A stretch of 64,000 nucleotides of DNA from an uncultured Actinomycetota bacterium (lineage in GTDB: Bacteria > Actinomycetota > Actinomycetes > Mycobacteriales > Nakamurellaceae): positions 118,710 to 182,709 of the forward strand of contig CAVPLZ010000010.1 in assembly GCA_963706185.1 (NCBI GenBank), read 5' to 3'. Position 1 is the first letter of the stretch, and every line of letters starts with the position of its first letter. Below the pieces are notes generated by a model, which did not search any database, was not told where the DNA came from, and was given only the letters and a program-made list of their open reading frames with translations. The position numbers were made by a program, and so were the translations under genes. Shown one piece after another: positions 19,571 to 30,253 of this stretch.

Positions 19571-22105
19571 ATGCCGCGCCGTGAAGCCGTTTTCGGGTCG
19601 GCCTGGGCGCAGGTACGTCAGCATCCGGCCCGGATCGTGGCCACGGTCGCCGCGATCGTGCTGGGCATCGGCTTCGCCTCCGGTTCCCTCGTCTTTTCGG
19701 CGACGTTCCAGGCCCATCTCGAGCGCGTGGTGTCCGCGCAGGCCGATGTGGCCGACGTGCTGATACAGCCCGGCGACGACCACACCGATCCGGTCGCGGC
19801 GCTCGCGGCGATCCGGACCACCGACGGTGTCGCGCTCGCCGAGCCGACAGCAACGTCGTGGCTCGACTTCGCTGCCGCCAAGGCGCACGGCAGCATCCGG
19901 GTGGACACGCTGCCCGCGGACCCCCGGCTGCGCTGGTTCGGCCTGGACAGCGGGCAGTGGCCCACCCAAGCCGACCAGATCGTCGTCGACCAACCGACGG
20001 CCGCCGGCGCGAACCTGACCATCGGCAGCACCCTGACCCTCACCGAGGATCCCTCCCCGACGCCCGCTGCGGTGACCGTCGTCGGCATCGTCGACACATC
20101 GTCCTCGGTACTCAGCGGCGGGCACCTGCAGGCATTCGCGCCCTACGGGCTGCTCGCCGCCATCCACCAGCCGGCCGTCGCCGAGCTCGGCCCGCTGTCC
20201 GGCGCTGTCGCCGTGCTCGCGCAGCCGAGAATCACCCCGGACGCGCTGGCCGGGCGACTGGCCGGCCAGTTCCCCGACCTGTCCGTGCGGACCGGGGCCG
20301 AGCAGGCCGCCGCCGAGGTGGCGAAGCTCGATGGTCAGGGCGATGCCTTGACCATCGTGCTGCTCGCGTTCGCCGGTATCGCGCTGCTGGTCGCCGGAAC
20401 GGTGGTAGCCAATACGTTCGCCATCGTGCTGGCCCAGCGCCGGCGACAGATCGCCCTACTGCGTTGTGTGGGTGCGAGCCGGGGCCAGGTCCGTGGTCAG
20501 GTACTGGTCGAGGCCTTCCTGCTCGGACTCGTCGGCTCGACGTTGGGGGTGATGGTCGGCGCCGGGTTGGGGTTGCTCGCCGCCCACGTCACCGGCCTGG
20601 ACGCCGGCGGGGCCCGGTTCGACCTGACCCGGCAGCCGATGGTGGCGGCGCTCGGGGTGCTGGTCACGATCGGGGCGGCCTGGTGGCCGGCGCGACGGGC
20701 GATGCGGGTCGCCCCCCTGGCCGCGCTGCAGCCGGTCGAGGACCCCGACGAGCAGCGCCGGATCACCCGCGGGCGGGTGATCGTCGGCGGGCTGTTGATG
20801 CTGGTCGGGACGGCCGGCATGGCCTACGGGGTCGAGGCCGGCGGGCTGCCGGTGGCGTTCGCCGGTGGTGCGCTGTCCGCCATCGGCGTCCTCGTGCTCA
20901 CCCCGCTGTGGGCGACACCGGTGCTCCGGCTCGCCGGAGCGTTGACCCGCGCCGGCGGCGTGCCCGGCCGACTGGCCGCGGCCAACATCGATCGCAACCC
21001 GGCGCGGGCCTCCGCGGCGACCGCGGCCCTGGTGATCGGCGTCGGCCTGATCGTGACCCTGCAGGTCGGCGCCGCCTCGGCGTCGGCGACGTTGGATCGC
21101 GAGGTGGACGAACGGTATCCGGTCGACGTCGCGGTGAGCGCGACCAGCGGGGTGCTACCGGCCGGACTGGCGGCCGGCGTCGCCGCACTCGACGGCGTCC
21201 GCGACGTCACGCCGATCGCCGGGGTCAGGGCCACCGCCGCCGGCCTGGGTCCGGACGGGCCGGGCACGACCGACGCCGATGGTGGGGCGGCCGACTTTCC
21301 GCTGCTGGGTGTGCCCGTGCAGGCCTATCCGATGCTGCGTGGCGGCACCGATCTGTTCGCCGACGACACCCTGCTGGTGCCGTCCTGGTGGACCGGACCC
21401 GCTGGGCTGCAGGTGGGTCAGTCGCTCACCGTGCACGTCGGGAGCCGGTCGGCGACGTTCGTCGTCGCGGTCGGCGCCGCCGCGGACGCCGGTCCGAACG
21501 GGAGCGCCGCGGTCACGACCGCCGCGGCACTGGCCCGGCTCGCCCCCGACGCTCCTGACCTCGCCGTCTGGGCCGGCCTGACCTCCGATGCCGACCTGAC
21601 CGCGGTGAACAGCGCACTCAACGAGCTGGTCGCGCCGTACGCCGAGCTCGAGCTGAGCGGCACGGCGGGCGAGCGGGCGGCCACCGCGAAGGCTGTGGGC
21701 ACCGTGGTCACCTTGGCGACCGGAATGTTGGCGGTCGCGGTGGTGATCGCCATCCTGGGCATCGGCAACACCGTCGCCCTGTCGGTGCTGGAACGCCGGC
21801 GTGAGTCCGCGCTGCTGCGGGCTGTCGGGCTGTCCCGCCGGGGGCTGCTGCGCAGTCTGCTGCTCGAAGCAGTGCTGGTGGCGGCGGTCGGCGGCCTCGT
21901 CGGCGTGGCCCTGGGCATCGGGTACGGGTGGATAGGCACCGCCGCCGCGCTGGGCCCGGGCCGGGGCGGAGCCGTGTTGGTCGTGCCGTGGGCAGTGGTG
22001 GGGCTCATCCTCGCGGTGGTCACCCTGGCCGGGGTGGCGGCGGCGGCGCTGCCGGCGCGGCGGGCGTCCCGGGTGGCGCCGGCCGCCGCCCTGGCCACCG
22101 CCTGA
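19571..22105 (+). CDS. FtsX-like ABC exporter permease with two FtsX domains
   Basis: VANTFAIVLAQRRRQIALLRCVGASR and GNTVALSVLERRRESALLRAVG. Confidence 0.92.
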   Translation: MPRREAVFGSAWAQVRQHPARIVATVAAIVLGIGFASGSLVFSATFQAHLERVVSAQADVADVLIQPGDDHTDPVAALAAIRTTDGVALAEPTATSWLDFAAAKAHGSIRVDTLPADPRLRWFGLDSGQWPTQADQIVVDQPTAAGANLTIGSTLTLTEDPSPTPAAVTVVGIVDTSSSVLSGGHLQAFAPYGLLAAIHQPAVAELGPLSGAVAVLAQPRITPDALAGRLAGQFPDLSVRTGAEQAAAEVAKLDGQGDALTIVLLAFAGIALLVAGTVVANTFAIVLAQRRRQIALLRCVGASRGQVRGQVLVEAFLLGLVGSTLGVMVGAGLGLLAAHVTGLDAGGARFDLTRQPMVAALGVLVTIGAAWWPARRAMRVAPLAALQPVEDPDEQRRITRGRVIVGGLLMLVGTAGMAYGVEAGGLPVAFAGGALSAIGVLVLTPLWATPVLRLAGALTRAGGVPGRLAAANIDRNPARASAATAALVIGVGLIVTLQVGAASASATLDREVDERYPVDVAVSATSGVLPAGLAAGVAALDGVRDVTPIAGVRATAAGLGPDGPGTTDADGGAADFPLLGVPVQAYPMLRGGTDLFADDTLLVPSWWTGPAGLQVGQSLTVHVGSRSATFVVAVGAAADAGPNGSAAVTTAAALARLAPDAPDLAVWAGLTSDADLTAVNSALNELVAPYAELELSGTAGERAATAKAVGTVVTLATGMLAVAVVIAILGIGNTVALSVLERRRESALLRAVGLSRRGLLRSLLLEAVLVAAVGGLVGVALGIGYGWIGTAAALGPGRGGAVLVVPWAVVGLILAVVTLAGVAAAALPARRASRVAPAAALATA

Positions 22106-22179
22106 GCCGGTGCCGCTCGTCAGAGTCGAAGGCGAGGTCCTGTACTCGGGGCGTGGCCTTCCACCCTGCTGGAATCAGG

Positions 22180-23595
22180 TCAGTTGCGTTCCTGCATCGG
22201 CATGATGACCTCGCGGACGATGAGCTGCACCGCCGCGGCCACCGGCACCGCCAGCAGCGCACCCATCACGCCGAGCAGGGCGCCGCCGATGACGATCGCC
22301 ACCACCACGGCTCCGGCGGAGATGTCCACCGTCCGGCGCATCACCCTGGGGTAGAGCCAGTACGCCTCGAACAGGTGCTGGCAGATGTAGAAACCCACCG
22401 CGATCAGCCCGACGGCCAGCGACTGGGTGAAGCCGAGCAGCATCATCGAGACCCCGATGGTGATGGGGCCGATGACCGGGATGTAGTCGAGCGCCGCGGC
22501 ACCCAGCGCGATCGCCCACGGGTACGGCAGGCCGACGATCGCCGCGAAGATGCCGGCCACCAGACCGGCCTGCACCGCGATGATGGTCGCCCCCGACAGG
22601 TAGCCGCCGAGCTGGGTGATGACCTTGTTGCCCAGGTCGGTGACCCTGGCCCGCCGGGTCGCCGGGGCGAGCCGGAAGGCAGTGGCGGTGATCCGCGGCA
22701 GCCCACCGAGGAAGTACAGGGTCAGGATCAGCACGATCGCCAGGTCGAGGAAGATGCCGGCCACGGTGAACGTCACGGAGAACGCACCGGTGCCGATGTT
22801 CTTGATGAACTCGGAGTCCTCGATCTTCTGGATGATCTGGAATTTCTCGTCCAGGCCGCGGATCGTGGCGTTGTTCTGCAGGTTCGAGATGTATTCCGGC
22901 GCCGACTGGACCAGCTTGGCGACCTCGGTGACGATCGGCGGGATGATCGCGTAGAAGATCCCGCCGAGCACGAGCATGAGGGTCACGAAGACGATCAGGA
23001 CGGACCAGCCCCGCCGCAGGTGGCGGCGCTGGAGGAAGCCCACGGCCGGGTCGAGGCCGATGGCCAGGATTGCCGCCACCACCAGCAGGATGAGGGTGGA
23101 CTTGACGCTCTCGACGAGCAGGAAGCAGACGTAGGCGATGAGCACTCCGAGCCCGCCGAGGAACCCGGTCCGGAACGGCTGCAGGGGTGCGCGGTCCCGC
23201 GTCCCGCCGGCGGCCTGGGCGACCTCAGCGGCGCGCTGGCTCGATACGACCGCCGACTCGGCCGTCCGCAGTGCCCGCTCCGCGGTGACCCGGGTGACCA
23301 GTCCGCCGAGCACCTCCCGCACCCGTCGCCGCTCGGCCTCATTCAGCTCGACGTCCGGGGACGCCTCGACGGCGTCGACGAGTTCCCGAGTGGCGTCGGC
23401 GACCGCGGCGTCGTGATCGGTCTCGCCGTCCCGGGCCCGGGCCCGCCGGAACGGCATCCGGCGACCGGCCGCGACCCGCTCGGCATGATCTGTCACACGC
23501 CCGGGTGGGTCGGCCGCAGGGTCCGTCGGTCCGGCCGCCCGGGGATCCGGCCCGGCGTCCGGTGGCGGCGAGGTGCTGCCGGTCGGCTCGGTCAC
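22180..23595 (-). CDS. AI-2E family transporter
   Basis: LAIGLDPAV, LDYIPVIGP, PRVMRRTVDIS, GALLAVPVAA. Confidence 0.9.
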   Translation of the reverse strand: MTEPTGSTSPPPDAGPDPRAAGPTDPAADPPGRVTDHAERVAAGRRMPFRRARARDGETDHDAAVADATRELVDAVEASPDVELNEAERRRVREVLGGLVTRVTAERALRTAESAVVSSQRAAEVAQAAGGTRDRAPLQPFRTGFLGGLGVLIAYVCFLLVESVKSTLILLVVAAILAIGLDPAVGFLQRRHLRRGWSVLIVFVTLMLVLGGIFYAIIPPIVTEVAKLVQSAPEYISNLQNNATIRGLDEKFQIIQKIEDSEFIKNIGTGAFSVTFTVAGIFLDLAIVLILTLYFLGGLPRITATAFRLAPATRRARVTDLGNKVITQLGGYLSGATIIAVQAGLVAGIFAAIVGLPYPWAIALGAAALDYIPVIGPITIGVSMMLLGFTQSLAVGLIAVGFYICQHLFEAYWLYPRVMRRTVDISAGAVVVAIVIGGALLGVMGALLAVPVAAAVQLIVREVIMPMQERN

Positions 23596-23909
23596 GGCCG
23601 GGGTGCCACCAGGTCCTGGTAGTCAGGATGGCCGGAGAGCCAGTCGGCGACGTACGAGCAGGTCGGCAGGACCCGCACCCCGGCTGTTCTGGCCGCGTCC
23701 AGCGCGCTGCGCACCACCCGATCGGCCAGACCTTGTCCGCGCCGGGCCGGGTCGGTCCAGGTGTGGTGCAGGTCCCAGACCCCAGCGGTCCGGTCGTCGT
23801 ATTCGAGCACGGCCACGTCGTGCCCGCCGTTGTCAGCGGCTATGCGGAAGCGGCCGTCGTCGGGCAGGTGCTCGACGGTCGAGGGGACGGTGTCTCCCGG
23901 CTGCGGCAT
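23592..23909 (-). CDS. Small GNAT acetyltransferase (YjdJ-like)
   Basis: HTWTDPARRGQGLA..LDAAR..VLPTCSYV. Confidence 0.88.
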   Translation of the reverse strand: MPQPGDTVPSTVEHLPDDGRFRIAADNGGHDVAVLEYDDRTAGVWDLHHTWTDPARRGQGLADRVVRSALDAARTAGVRVLPTCSYVADWLSGHPDYQDLVAPRP

Positions 23910-23981
23910 GCGCACTCCCGATCGTGGATCTGCGGTCTGCGTACTGGCGCCGGCCTGGTCGGACGCCCGCCCAGGCACACG

Positions 23982-24782
23982 TTACGGTGCTGCCGGGCGC
24001 GCCGGACCGGCATGGTCCCGTGTGCCGAAGTAGCCGGGGTCGGTGAACTGGTGGCCCTGCCAGGTCACGGCCGGCCCGTCCACCCTGGCCGCCTCGTGGT
24101 CCTCGGCGTCGTCGACCGGCCGGTAGCCGAGGACGTCCCACCCCTCGTCGGAATAGAACCGGCGGGTGTTCGCCGAGACGCCGTAGCAGGTCAGGAATCC
24201 GATGTCCGGCGCGGTCAGAGCGGCCGTGACCAGCCGGACGGCGTCGCCGAAGGAGAGCCAACCGCAGCGCAGCCACGGGCCCCGCGGCGCGTCGGCGAAG
24301 CCGCCGATCCGCAGGTTGACCACCTCGATGCCGAACCGGTCGTGGAAGACCCGGCCCAGATCCTCGCCGACCGCCTTCGACAGTCCGTAGTAGGTGTCCG
24401 GGCGCACCGGGTCGGCCGGCGACGTCGGCCGACCCCACGGATAGAAGCCGGTCACGTGATTGCTGCTGGCGAACACCACTCGTCGGACGCCGGCGGCGAC
24501 GGCCGCGTCGTACACGTTGCGGGTGCCGACGATGTTGTTCTCCAGGATGTTCTGGAAGGTGTCCTCACTGGCGATGGCACCGAGGTGGACGACAGCCTCG
24601 GCGCCGTCGAATGCCGCTGCGACCTGCTCGGGCTTCCGCAGGTCGACCTGCTGCGCAATGTCGGGCGCAGTGGCGGAGATCGACTCGCGATCCACCAGCA
24701 CCAGCTCGAACCGGGACCGGTCCAGCCCCCGCCGCAGCACGGTGCCGATACCGCCGGCCGCTCCGGTGATCGCGATCCGCAT
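23982..24782 (-). CDS. NAD-dependent epimerase/dehydratase, uronate dehydrogenase-like
   Basis: ITGAAGGIG, VFASSNHVTGFY, RPDTYYGLSK, LRIG, WLS.GD. Confidence 0.85.
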   Translation of the reverse strand: MRIAITGAAGGIGTVLRRGLDRSRFELVLVDRESISATAPDIAQQVDLRKPEQVAAAFDGAEAVVHLGAIASEDTFQNILENNIVGTRNVYDAAVAAGVRRVVFASSNHVTGFYPWGRPTSPADPVRPDTYYGLSKAVGEDLGRVFHDRFGIEVVNLRIGGFADAPRGPWLRCGWLSFGDAVRLVTAALTAPDIGFLTCYGVSANTRRFYSDEGWDVLGYRPVDDAEDHEAARVDGPAVTWQGHQFTDPGYFGTRDHAGPARPAAP

Positions 24783-24830
24783 GCCGCGGACGGTACCGCG
24801 GCCCCCTCACGCTCCCTGCAGTAGCGGGGG

Positions 24831-24852
24831 TGTCGGGGACGCCCGATACGGT
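24831..24852 (+). promoter_or_regulatory. PafBC/RecA-NDp-type DNA-damage promoter
   Basis: TGTCGG-GGACGCCCGA-TACGGT (N10 spacing), 6 nt before a leaderless ATG at 24859. Confidence 0.75.
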
Positions 24853-24858
24853 CCGGGA

Positions 24859-25974
24859 ATGCCTCCGGCCCGATTCACTTCGAGTGCAGCAGGTCGCGAT
24901 CTCACCCGTCGCCGGGTGGCGGCGCTCGGGCTCACCGGCGATCGGCTGGGGGATCCGCGGGCCGTCGTCCGGCACCTGGTGGCCGTGCAGTCGCAGGACT
25001 TCGGACCGGGCTGCTGGAGCATCGCCCAGCGCAGCTCCGGGTCCCCGGAACGCGCGGTGGTCGAGGAGCTGATCCAGCGACGCCAGCTCATCCGCACCCA
25101 TCTGTTGCGCCCGACCTGGCACTTCGTCGTTCCCGACGACCTCGGCTGGCTGCTCGACCTGACCGGCCCTCGGGTCCAGGCGTTCTGCGGGAGCTACTAC
25201 CGGCGGGAGGGCCAGCCGCTCGCGGTGCGCGATCGGGCGACCGCGCTCATGGCCGAGGCGCTGGCCGGCACCATCCTGACCAGGCCCCAGTTGCGCGAGG
25301 TGCTGGCCGACGACGGGATCGACGTGACCGGCAACAAGCCGTCGTTCCTGCTGATGAACGCCGAACTCGAGGGGGTGATCTGCGGCGGCCCGCGGGTCGG
25401 TAAGCACCACGGGTACGGGCTGGTCAGCGAGCTGGCGCCGGAAACCAGACGGCTCTCCCGCGAGGACGCGTTGGCCGAGCTCGTGCTGCGGTACTTCACC
25501 TCGCACGGGCCGGCCACCGTGCACGACATGAGCTGGTGGTCGTCGCTGACCCTGACCGACATCAGGGCCGGGATCGACGCCGCCGGAGACGCTCTGGTCC
25601 CCGAACTGGTCGACGGCCAGACGTTCTACGCCGCCGCGGAGCCCCGCACCGGGACCGAGCCACGGGCCCGGCTGCTGCAGGCCTACGACGAATACCTGGT
25701 CGGTTACAGCCGGACGAAGTGGCTGCTCGACCCCACCGGCATCGCCAAGGCACCGCACGCGGCGCGCACCCTGCCGAACATGGTTTTCATCCGGGACACC
25801 GCGATGGTCGGGGCGTGGCGCTCGCTCGAATCCGAGGCGGCCGCAGCGCTCGAGGTCGTCCTGCTGGTCGAGCCGAGTCCCGCCGTCCTGCGCGACCTGG
25901 ATCGGGCCGCCGCTGAGTACGGCCGGTATCTCGGCAAACCGGTCCGGGTGCATGTCCGGCCGGCCGCCGAATGA
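24859..25974 (+). CDS. HTH_42 / AlkZ-like winged-helix DNA glycosylase family protein
   Basis: AVQSQD, RTHLLRPTWHFV, RYFTSHGPATVHDMSWWSSL, LLQAYDEYLVGY. Confidence 0.85.
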   Translation: MPPARFTSSAAGRDLTRRRVAALGLTGDRLGDPRAVVRHLVAVQSQDFGPGCWSIAQRSSGSPERAVVEELIQRRQLIRTHLLRPTWHFVVPDDLGWLLDLTGPRVQAFCGSYYRREGQPLAVRDRATALMAEALAGTILTRPQLREVLADDGIDVTGNKPSFLLMNAELEGVICGGPRVGKHHGYGLVSELAPETRRLSREDALAELVLRYFTSHGPATVHDMSWWSSLTLTDIRAGIDAAGDALVPELVDGQTFYAAAEPRTGTEPRARLLQAYDEYLVGYSRTKWLLDPTGIAKAPHAARTLPNMVFIRDTAMVGAWRSLESEAAAALEVVLLVEPSPAVLRDLDRAAAEYGRYLGKPVRVHVRPAAE

Positions 25975-26078
25975 ACCGAATAGGCCCAGATCACCAGTGA
26001 GGCAGCGTCGGTGGTTGCCGGGCCCCCGATTCCCGGACGTCGGCGCCGGTGTAGATGGCGACGACCCTTCCGGACGCG

Positions 26079-26110
26079 CCGGGTGGCTGCGCCGGAGCCC
26101 GGCCACCCGG
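26079..26110. terminator. GC-rich hairpin, possible terminator
   Basis: CCGGGTGGCTG...CGGCCACCCGG inverted repeat between the alkZ-like gene and the ABC operon. Confidence 0.4.
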
Positions 26111-26229
26111 GCCGGGCGCCTCACGGATGTCCGTTCCGTATGCTCGATCGGTCCTCGTCGGGCCCAAGCGCCCGGCCCACCGACCCGCCCGGACCTGACC
26201 GCACGCCACATCGCCAGGGAGACCCCGTC

Positions 26230-27266
26230 ATGGCCCGCACCCGTACTTCCGTCGTCCTCGCCGCGTTGGCCGCGGCCGGCCTCGCCCTGACCGCGTGCGG
26301 CTCCGACGACGCCGGCAGCACGACCAGCGCCGGGTCGCCGACCAGTGCTGCGAACTCGGCGCCCACGAGCCCGTCCTCGCCGACGTCGGCCTCCGGCTCG
26401 GTGACGTCGTCCGAATCCACGACGTCCGGCGCCACCGATGCGTCCTCTTCTGGCACCGCAGCATCCGGCACCGCAGCACCCGTCGCACCGGGGCGAGTTC
26501 GGCCGGTGTCGGCGCCGCGTGCACTCCGGACAAACTGCAGACCGCGAAGTCCGGGACGCTGACCATCGCCACGTCGGAGCCGGCCTACGAACCGTGGATG
26601 GTCGACGACGACCCGTCGAACGGCAAGGGATTCGAGTCCGCCGTCGCCTACGCGGTGGCCGACCGGCTCGGGTTCGCGAAGGACGCGACGACCTGGACCA
26701 GGGTGAACTTCGACGAGGCGCTGAACAACCAATCCGGCTGGGACTTCGACATCAACCAGTTCACCATCACCGACGAGCGCAAGCAGGCGGTCGACTTCTC
26801 GTCGGGCTACTACGACCTGACCCAGACCGTGGTCACCGTGAAGGGCTCGCCGATCGAGAAGGCGACGACGGTGGCCGAGCTCAAGGGCGCCAAGCTGGGT
26901 GCGATGGTCGGCACCACGAGTCTCAACGCGATCAACACGGTGATCCAGCCCGACACCAAGCCCAGCGTCTTCAAGTCCAACGACCTGGCCGTGCAGGCCC
27001 TGCAGAACGGCCAGATCGACGGTCTGGTGGTGGACCTGCCGACGGCGTTCTACGTGGTCGGCGCGCAGGTGGAGAACGGCGTCATCGTCGGCCAGCTGCC
27101 CGGAACGGGCAGCCAGAAGGAACAACTGGGCCTGCTGTTGGCCAAGGCCTCGCCGCTGACCGATTGCGTCACCCAGGCCGTGGACAGCCTGCGGGCCGAC
27201 GGCACCCTGGACAAGCTGGCCACCACCTGGCTGGCCGGCAAGGACCAGGCGCCGCTGCTGAAGTAG
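26230..27266 (+). CDS. Polar amino-acid ABC substrate-binding lipoprotein, frameshifted near 26490
   Basis: LTAC lipobox, Ser/Thr linker, LTIATSEPAYEPW, GFESAVAYAVA, DFSSGYY. Confidence 0.88.
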
Positions 27267-27325
27267 CGGCGCGGGACGACGCGGCAAGCATGCGGGCGGA
27301 GCACTGACATGACGCTGGATCCGAC

Positions 27326-28267
27326 ATGACATTGGGCGGCGGAGATCTCGGCGACCTCGGCCTGCCTCCGGCCGAGGCGGGCCCGACGCCGGTGCGCCGG
27401 ACCCTGCCGGCGCCGGACGACGGCTGGACCCCGTCACCGGTGGAGCTGAACCGCCGGGAGTACCGGAGCCGACGGACCCGGCGGTCGGTGATCATCGCCG
27501 CGGCGTCCACCGTCGTCCTGCTCGCAGTTGTCGTGGTGGGGGTGATCAACACCCCCGGTTGGCCGGCATTCCGGAAGAAGTTCTTCGACCTGGCCTACGG
27601 CTGGCAGGTCCTGCCCGACATCGCCGAGGGGCTGTGGCTCAACATCCGGCTCGCGGTGGTCTGCGAGATCGGCATCCTCGTTCTGGCGTTGACCGTGGCG
27701 CTGCTGCGCACGTTGCGGGGACCGGTGTTCTTCCCGCTGCGCGCGGCGGCGATCGCCTACACCGATCTGTTCCGGGGCCTGCCGCTGATCCTGGTGCTGC
27801 TGCTGCTCGGGTTCGGCATGCCGTCGCTGAAGCTGGAGTGGCTGCCGCGCTCGGCGCTGTTCTGGGGTTGCGTCGCGCTGATCCTGACCTACGCCGCCTA
27901 CGTGTCCGAGGTGCTGCGGGCCGGCATCGAGTCCGTGCATCCCTCGCAACGCGCCGCGGCCCGCTCGCTCGGTCTGTCCCATGCGAAGACCATGCGGTTC
28001 GTGGTGGTGCCGCAGGCGGTCCGGCGGGTCCTGCCGCCGCTGCTCAACGACCTGGTCGCGCTGATCAAGGACACCGGTTTGATCTCCGTGCTCGGCGTCA
28101 TCTACGACGCCGTGCTCAACGCCCAGATCAAGACGGCCGAAACCTTCAACTACACGCCTTACGTGGTGGCCGGGCTGCTCTTCGTGCTGATCACCATTCC
28201 GTTGACCCGGCTGACCGATTGGGTCGCCAGACGGCAGGGCTGGACCGGCGGCGGCGGTCACGTATGA
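27326..28267 (+). CDS. Amino-acid ABC permease
   Basis: YTDLFRGLPLI, EVLRAGIESV..AAARSLGLS, LIKDTGL. Confidence 0.92.
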   Translation: MTLGGGDLGDLGLPPAEAGPTPVRRTLPAPDDGWTPSPVELNRREYRSRRTRRSVIIAAASTVVLLAVVVVGVINTPGWPAFRKKFFDLAYGWQVLPDIAEGLWLNIRLAVVCEIGILVLALTVALLRTLRGPVFFPLRAAAIAYTDLFRGLPLILVLLLLGFGMPSLKLEWLPRSALFWGCVALILTYAAYVSEVLRAGIESVHPSQRAAARSLGLSHAKTMRFVVVPQAVRRVLPPLLNDLVALIKDTGLISVLGVIYDAVLNAQIKTAETFNYTPYVVAGLLFVLITIPLTRLTDWVARRQGWTGGGGHV

Positions 28268-29047
28268 GCACGCCGGGCGAGGAGCCGTTGTTGCAGGTCG
28301 CGCACCTGCGGAAGTCCTACGGGCCCGCCGTCGTGCTGCGCGATCTCACCCTCGAGGTCGCTCAGCACGAGTGCCTGGTGCTCATCGGTGCGTCCGGATC
28401 GGGCAAGTCGACGTTGCTGCGCTGCCTGAATCTGCTGGAGGTGGTCGACGACGGAACCATCACGCTGGGCGGCATCGACATCACCGATCCGCGGGTGGAC
28501 GCCGACGACCTGCGCGACCAAGGTCGGGATCGTCTTCCAGTCGTTCAACCTGTTTCCGCACATGAGCGTGCTGGACAACATCACGCTGGCCCCGCGTCGG
28601 GTGCACAAGGTGCCGCGGGCGACGGCCGAGGCCGACGCGCTGGCCATGCTGGACCGGGTCGGGTTGGCCGACAAGGCCCGCAGCCGGCCCGACGAGCTCT
28701 CCGGTGGCCAGCAGCAGCGGGTGGCGATCGCCCGGGCGTTGGTGAACCGGCCGCTGCTGATGCTGTTCGACGAGGTGACCAGCGCGCTGGATCCCGAACT
28801 GGTCGGCGAGGTCCTCGGGTTGCTGGCCGAGCTCAAGGCCGAGGGCATGACGATGCTGGTGGCCACCCACGAGATGGGCTTCGCCCGGCAGGTCGCGGAC
28901 CAGGTCGCGTTCCTGGCCGACGGTGTGGTCGCCGAACTCGGCCCGCCCGACCAGGTGCTCGGCGATCCGGTCGATCCACGCACGCAGCGCTTCCTGCGCC
29001 GGATCATCGACGCCGGTCGGCTCCCCGCCGAGCCATCGAGTGACTGA
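28264..29047 (+). CDS. Amino-acid ABC ATP-binding protein (GlnQ-like), frameshifted near 28518
   Basis: [50 protein letters not shown]. Confidence 0.92.
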
Positions 29048-29160
29048 AACAAGGCGACATTCCCGGCGGAGCCAATCTGTCAAGACAACGGTGGGGTGGT
29101 CCGCATAGCCCTGAATACCTGCAGTTCTCCGTCACTCGACGGCGACGGGCAGGCAGGTTG

Positions 29161-29805
29161 TCAGGGTTTGGACGGGCCCTCGTAGAGCGTGGCCCGGGCG
29201 TACTCGTCCAGCGTGGCGTCGTACTCCGCGGCCGCCTGCTCGGTCAGCACCCCGACCTCGGCCTGCAGCCGGCCGGCGGTGGGCAGGCTCGACCTGTCGG
29301 TGACCTGGGCGGCCGGGTCCCACAGGGACGATCGGATGAGCGCCCGCTGGCACTGGAAGTAGACCCGGGAGACGGTGATCACCACAACGGTGGCCGGTGT
29401 GATTCCCGCGTGCGCGGTCAGCCCGATCAGCACCGGATCGGTCGAGATCACCGCCGTGCCACGGACCCGGATCGCTTCGCCCACCCCGGGGATCAGGAAG
29501 ATCACGGCGATGGCCGGGTCGTGCAACAGGTTGCGCAGGGTGTCCAGGCGGTTGTTCCCGCGCCGGTCGGGCAGCAGCAGGGTGTGCTCGTCGAGTACCT
29601 GGACAAATCCCGGCCGGTCCCCCCGCGGGGAACAGTCCAGCCCGGCCGGGCCGTGGGTGGCCACGACGGCGAAGGGCGACGCGGCGATCAATTCGGCATA
29701 GCCCGGGGTCAGCACCGGGCTTTCCTTCGCGACCGAGCGCGGATTGGCGGGCGGGTACAGCGCGGTCAGCGCGTCGACCGAGCCGACGACGGAGTTCGGG
29801 TCCAC
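29161..29805 (-). CDS. Pyridoxamine 5'-phosphate oxidase family FMN-binding protein (MSMEG_1061-like)
   Basis: DCSPRGD.PGFV, LPDRRGNNRLDTLRN, FLIPG, YFQCQRALIRSSLW. Confidence 0.88.
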   Translation of the reverse strand: MDPNSVVGSVDALTALYPPANPRSVAKESPVLTPGYAELIAASPFAVVATHGPAGLDCSPRGDRPGFVQVLDEHTLLLPDRRGNNRLDTLRNLLHDPAIAVIFLIPGVGEAIRVRGTAVISTDPVLIGLTAHAGITPATVVVITVSRVYFQCQRALIRSSLWDPAAQVTDRSSLPTAGRLQAEVGVLTEQAAAEYDATLDEYARATLYEGPSKP

Positions 29806-30049
29806 GACCCAGGACGGTACGCGGCGCCGGCGGGGCGTCCGAGTTGTTTCCGGTTGGCCCGACGGGACCCGAACGGGTGCGTCGTCGGACGGGTGACAGG
29901 TGGCACACCCGGATGCCAACGCAGCGACAACTGACCTGTTCGGTGAGTAGCAACCGAGCGACGATCCGTGACACACTGTGCGCCGCGCCACGTGCGCACG
30001 CGACTGCGCGTTCGCGCATCGTAGGCATCAGCTGGGAGACACGAGGTAC

Positions 30050-30253
30050 ATGGCACAAGGCACCGTCAAGTGGTTCAACGCCGAGAAGGGCTACGGGTTC
30101 ATCACGCCCGACGAGTCCGGGCCGGACGTGTTCGTTCACTACTCCGAGATCCAGTCGTCCGGCTACCGGTCGCTGGAGGAGAACCAGCGGGTTGAGTACA
30201 CGGTCACCCAGGGCAACAAGGGCCCGCAGGCGACCGCCGTCAGTCCTGTGTAG
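30050..30253 (+). CDS. cspA: Cold-shock protein
   Basis: [29 protein letters not shown]; GAGG RBS. Confidence 0.96.
   Translation: MAQGTVKWFNAEKGYGFITPDESGPDVFVHYSEIQSSGYRSLEENQRVEYTVTQGNKGPQATAVSPV

Noticed and set aside
25975-26229. Riboswitch or leader peptide upstream of the amino-acid ABC operon
   Set aside because: Hairpins are present but I could not match SAM-IV, glycine, TPP, cobalamin or guanidine consensus. A hairpin plus the -10 TATGCT at 26139 explains the region.
29820-30049. cspA RNA thermometer
   Set aside because: A long leader is plausible, but no specific structure can be supported by eye.
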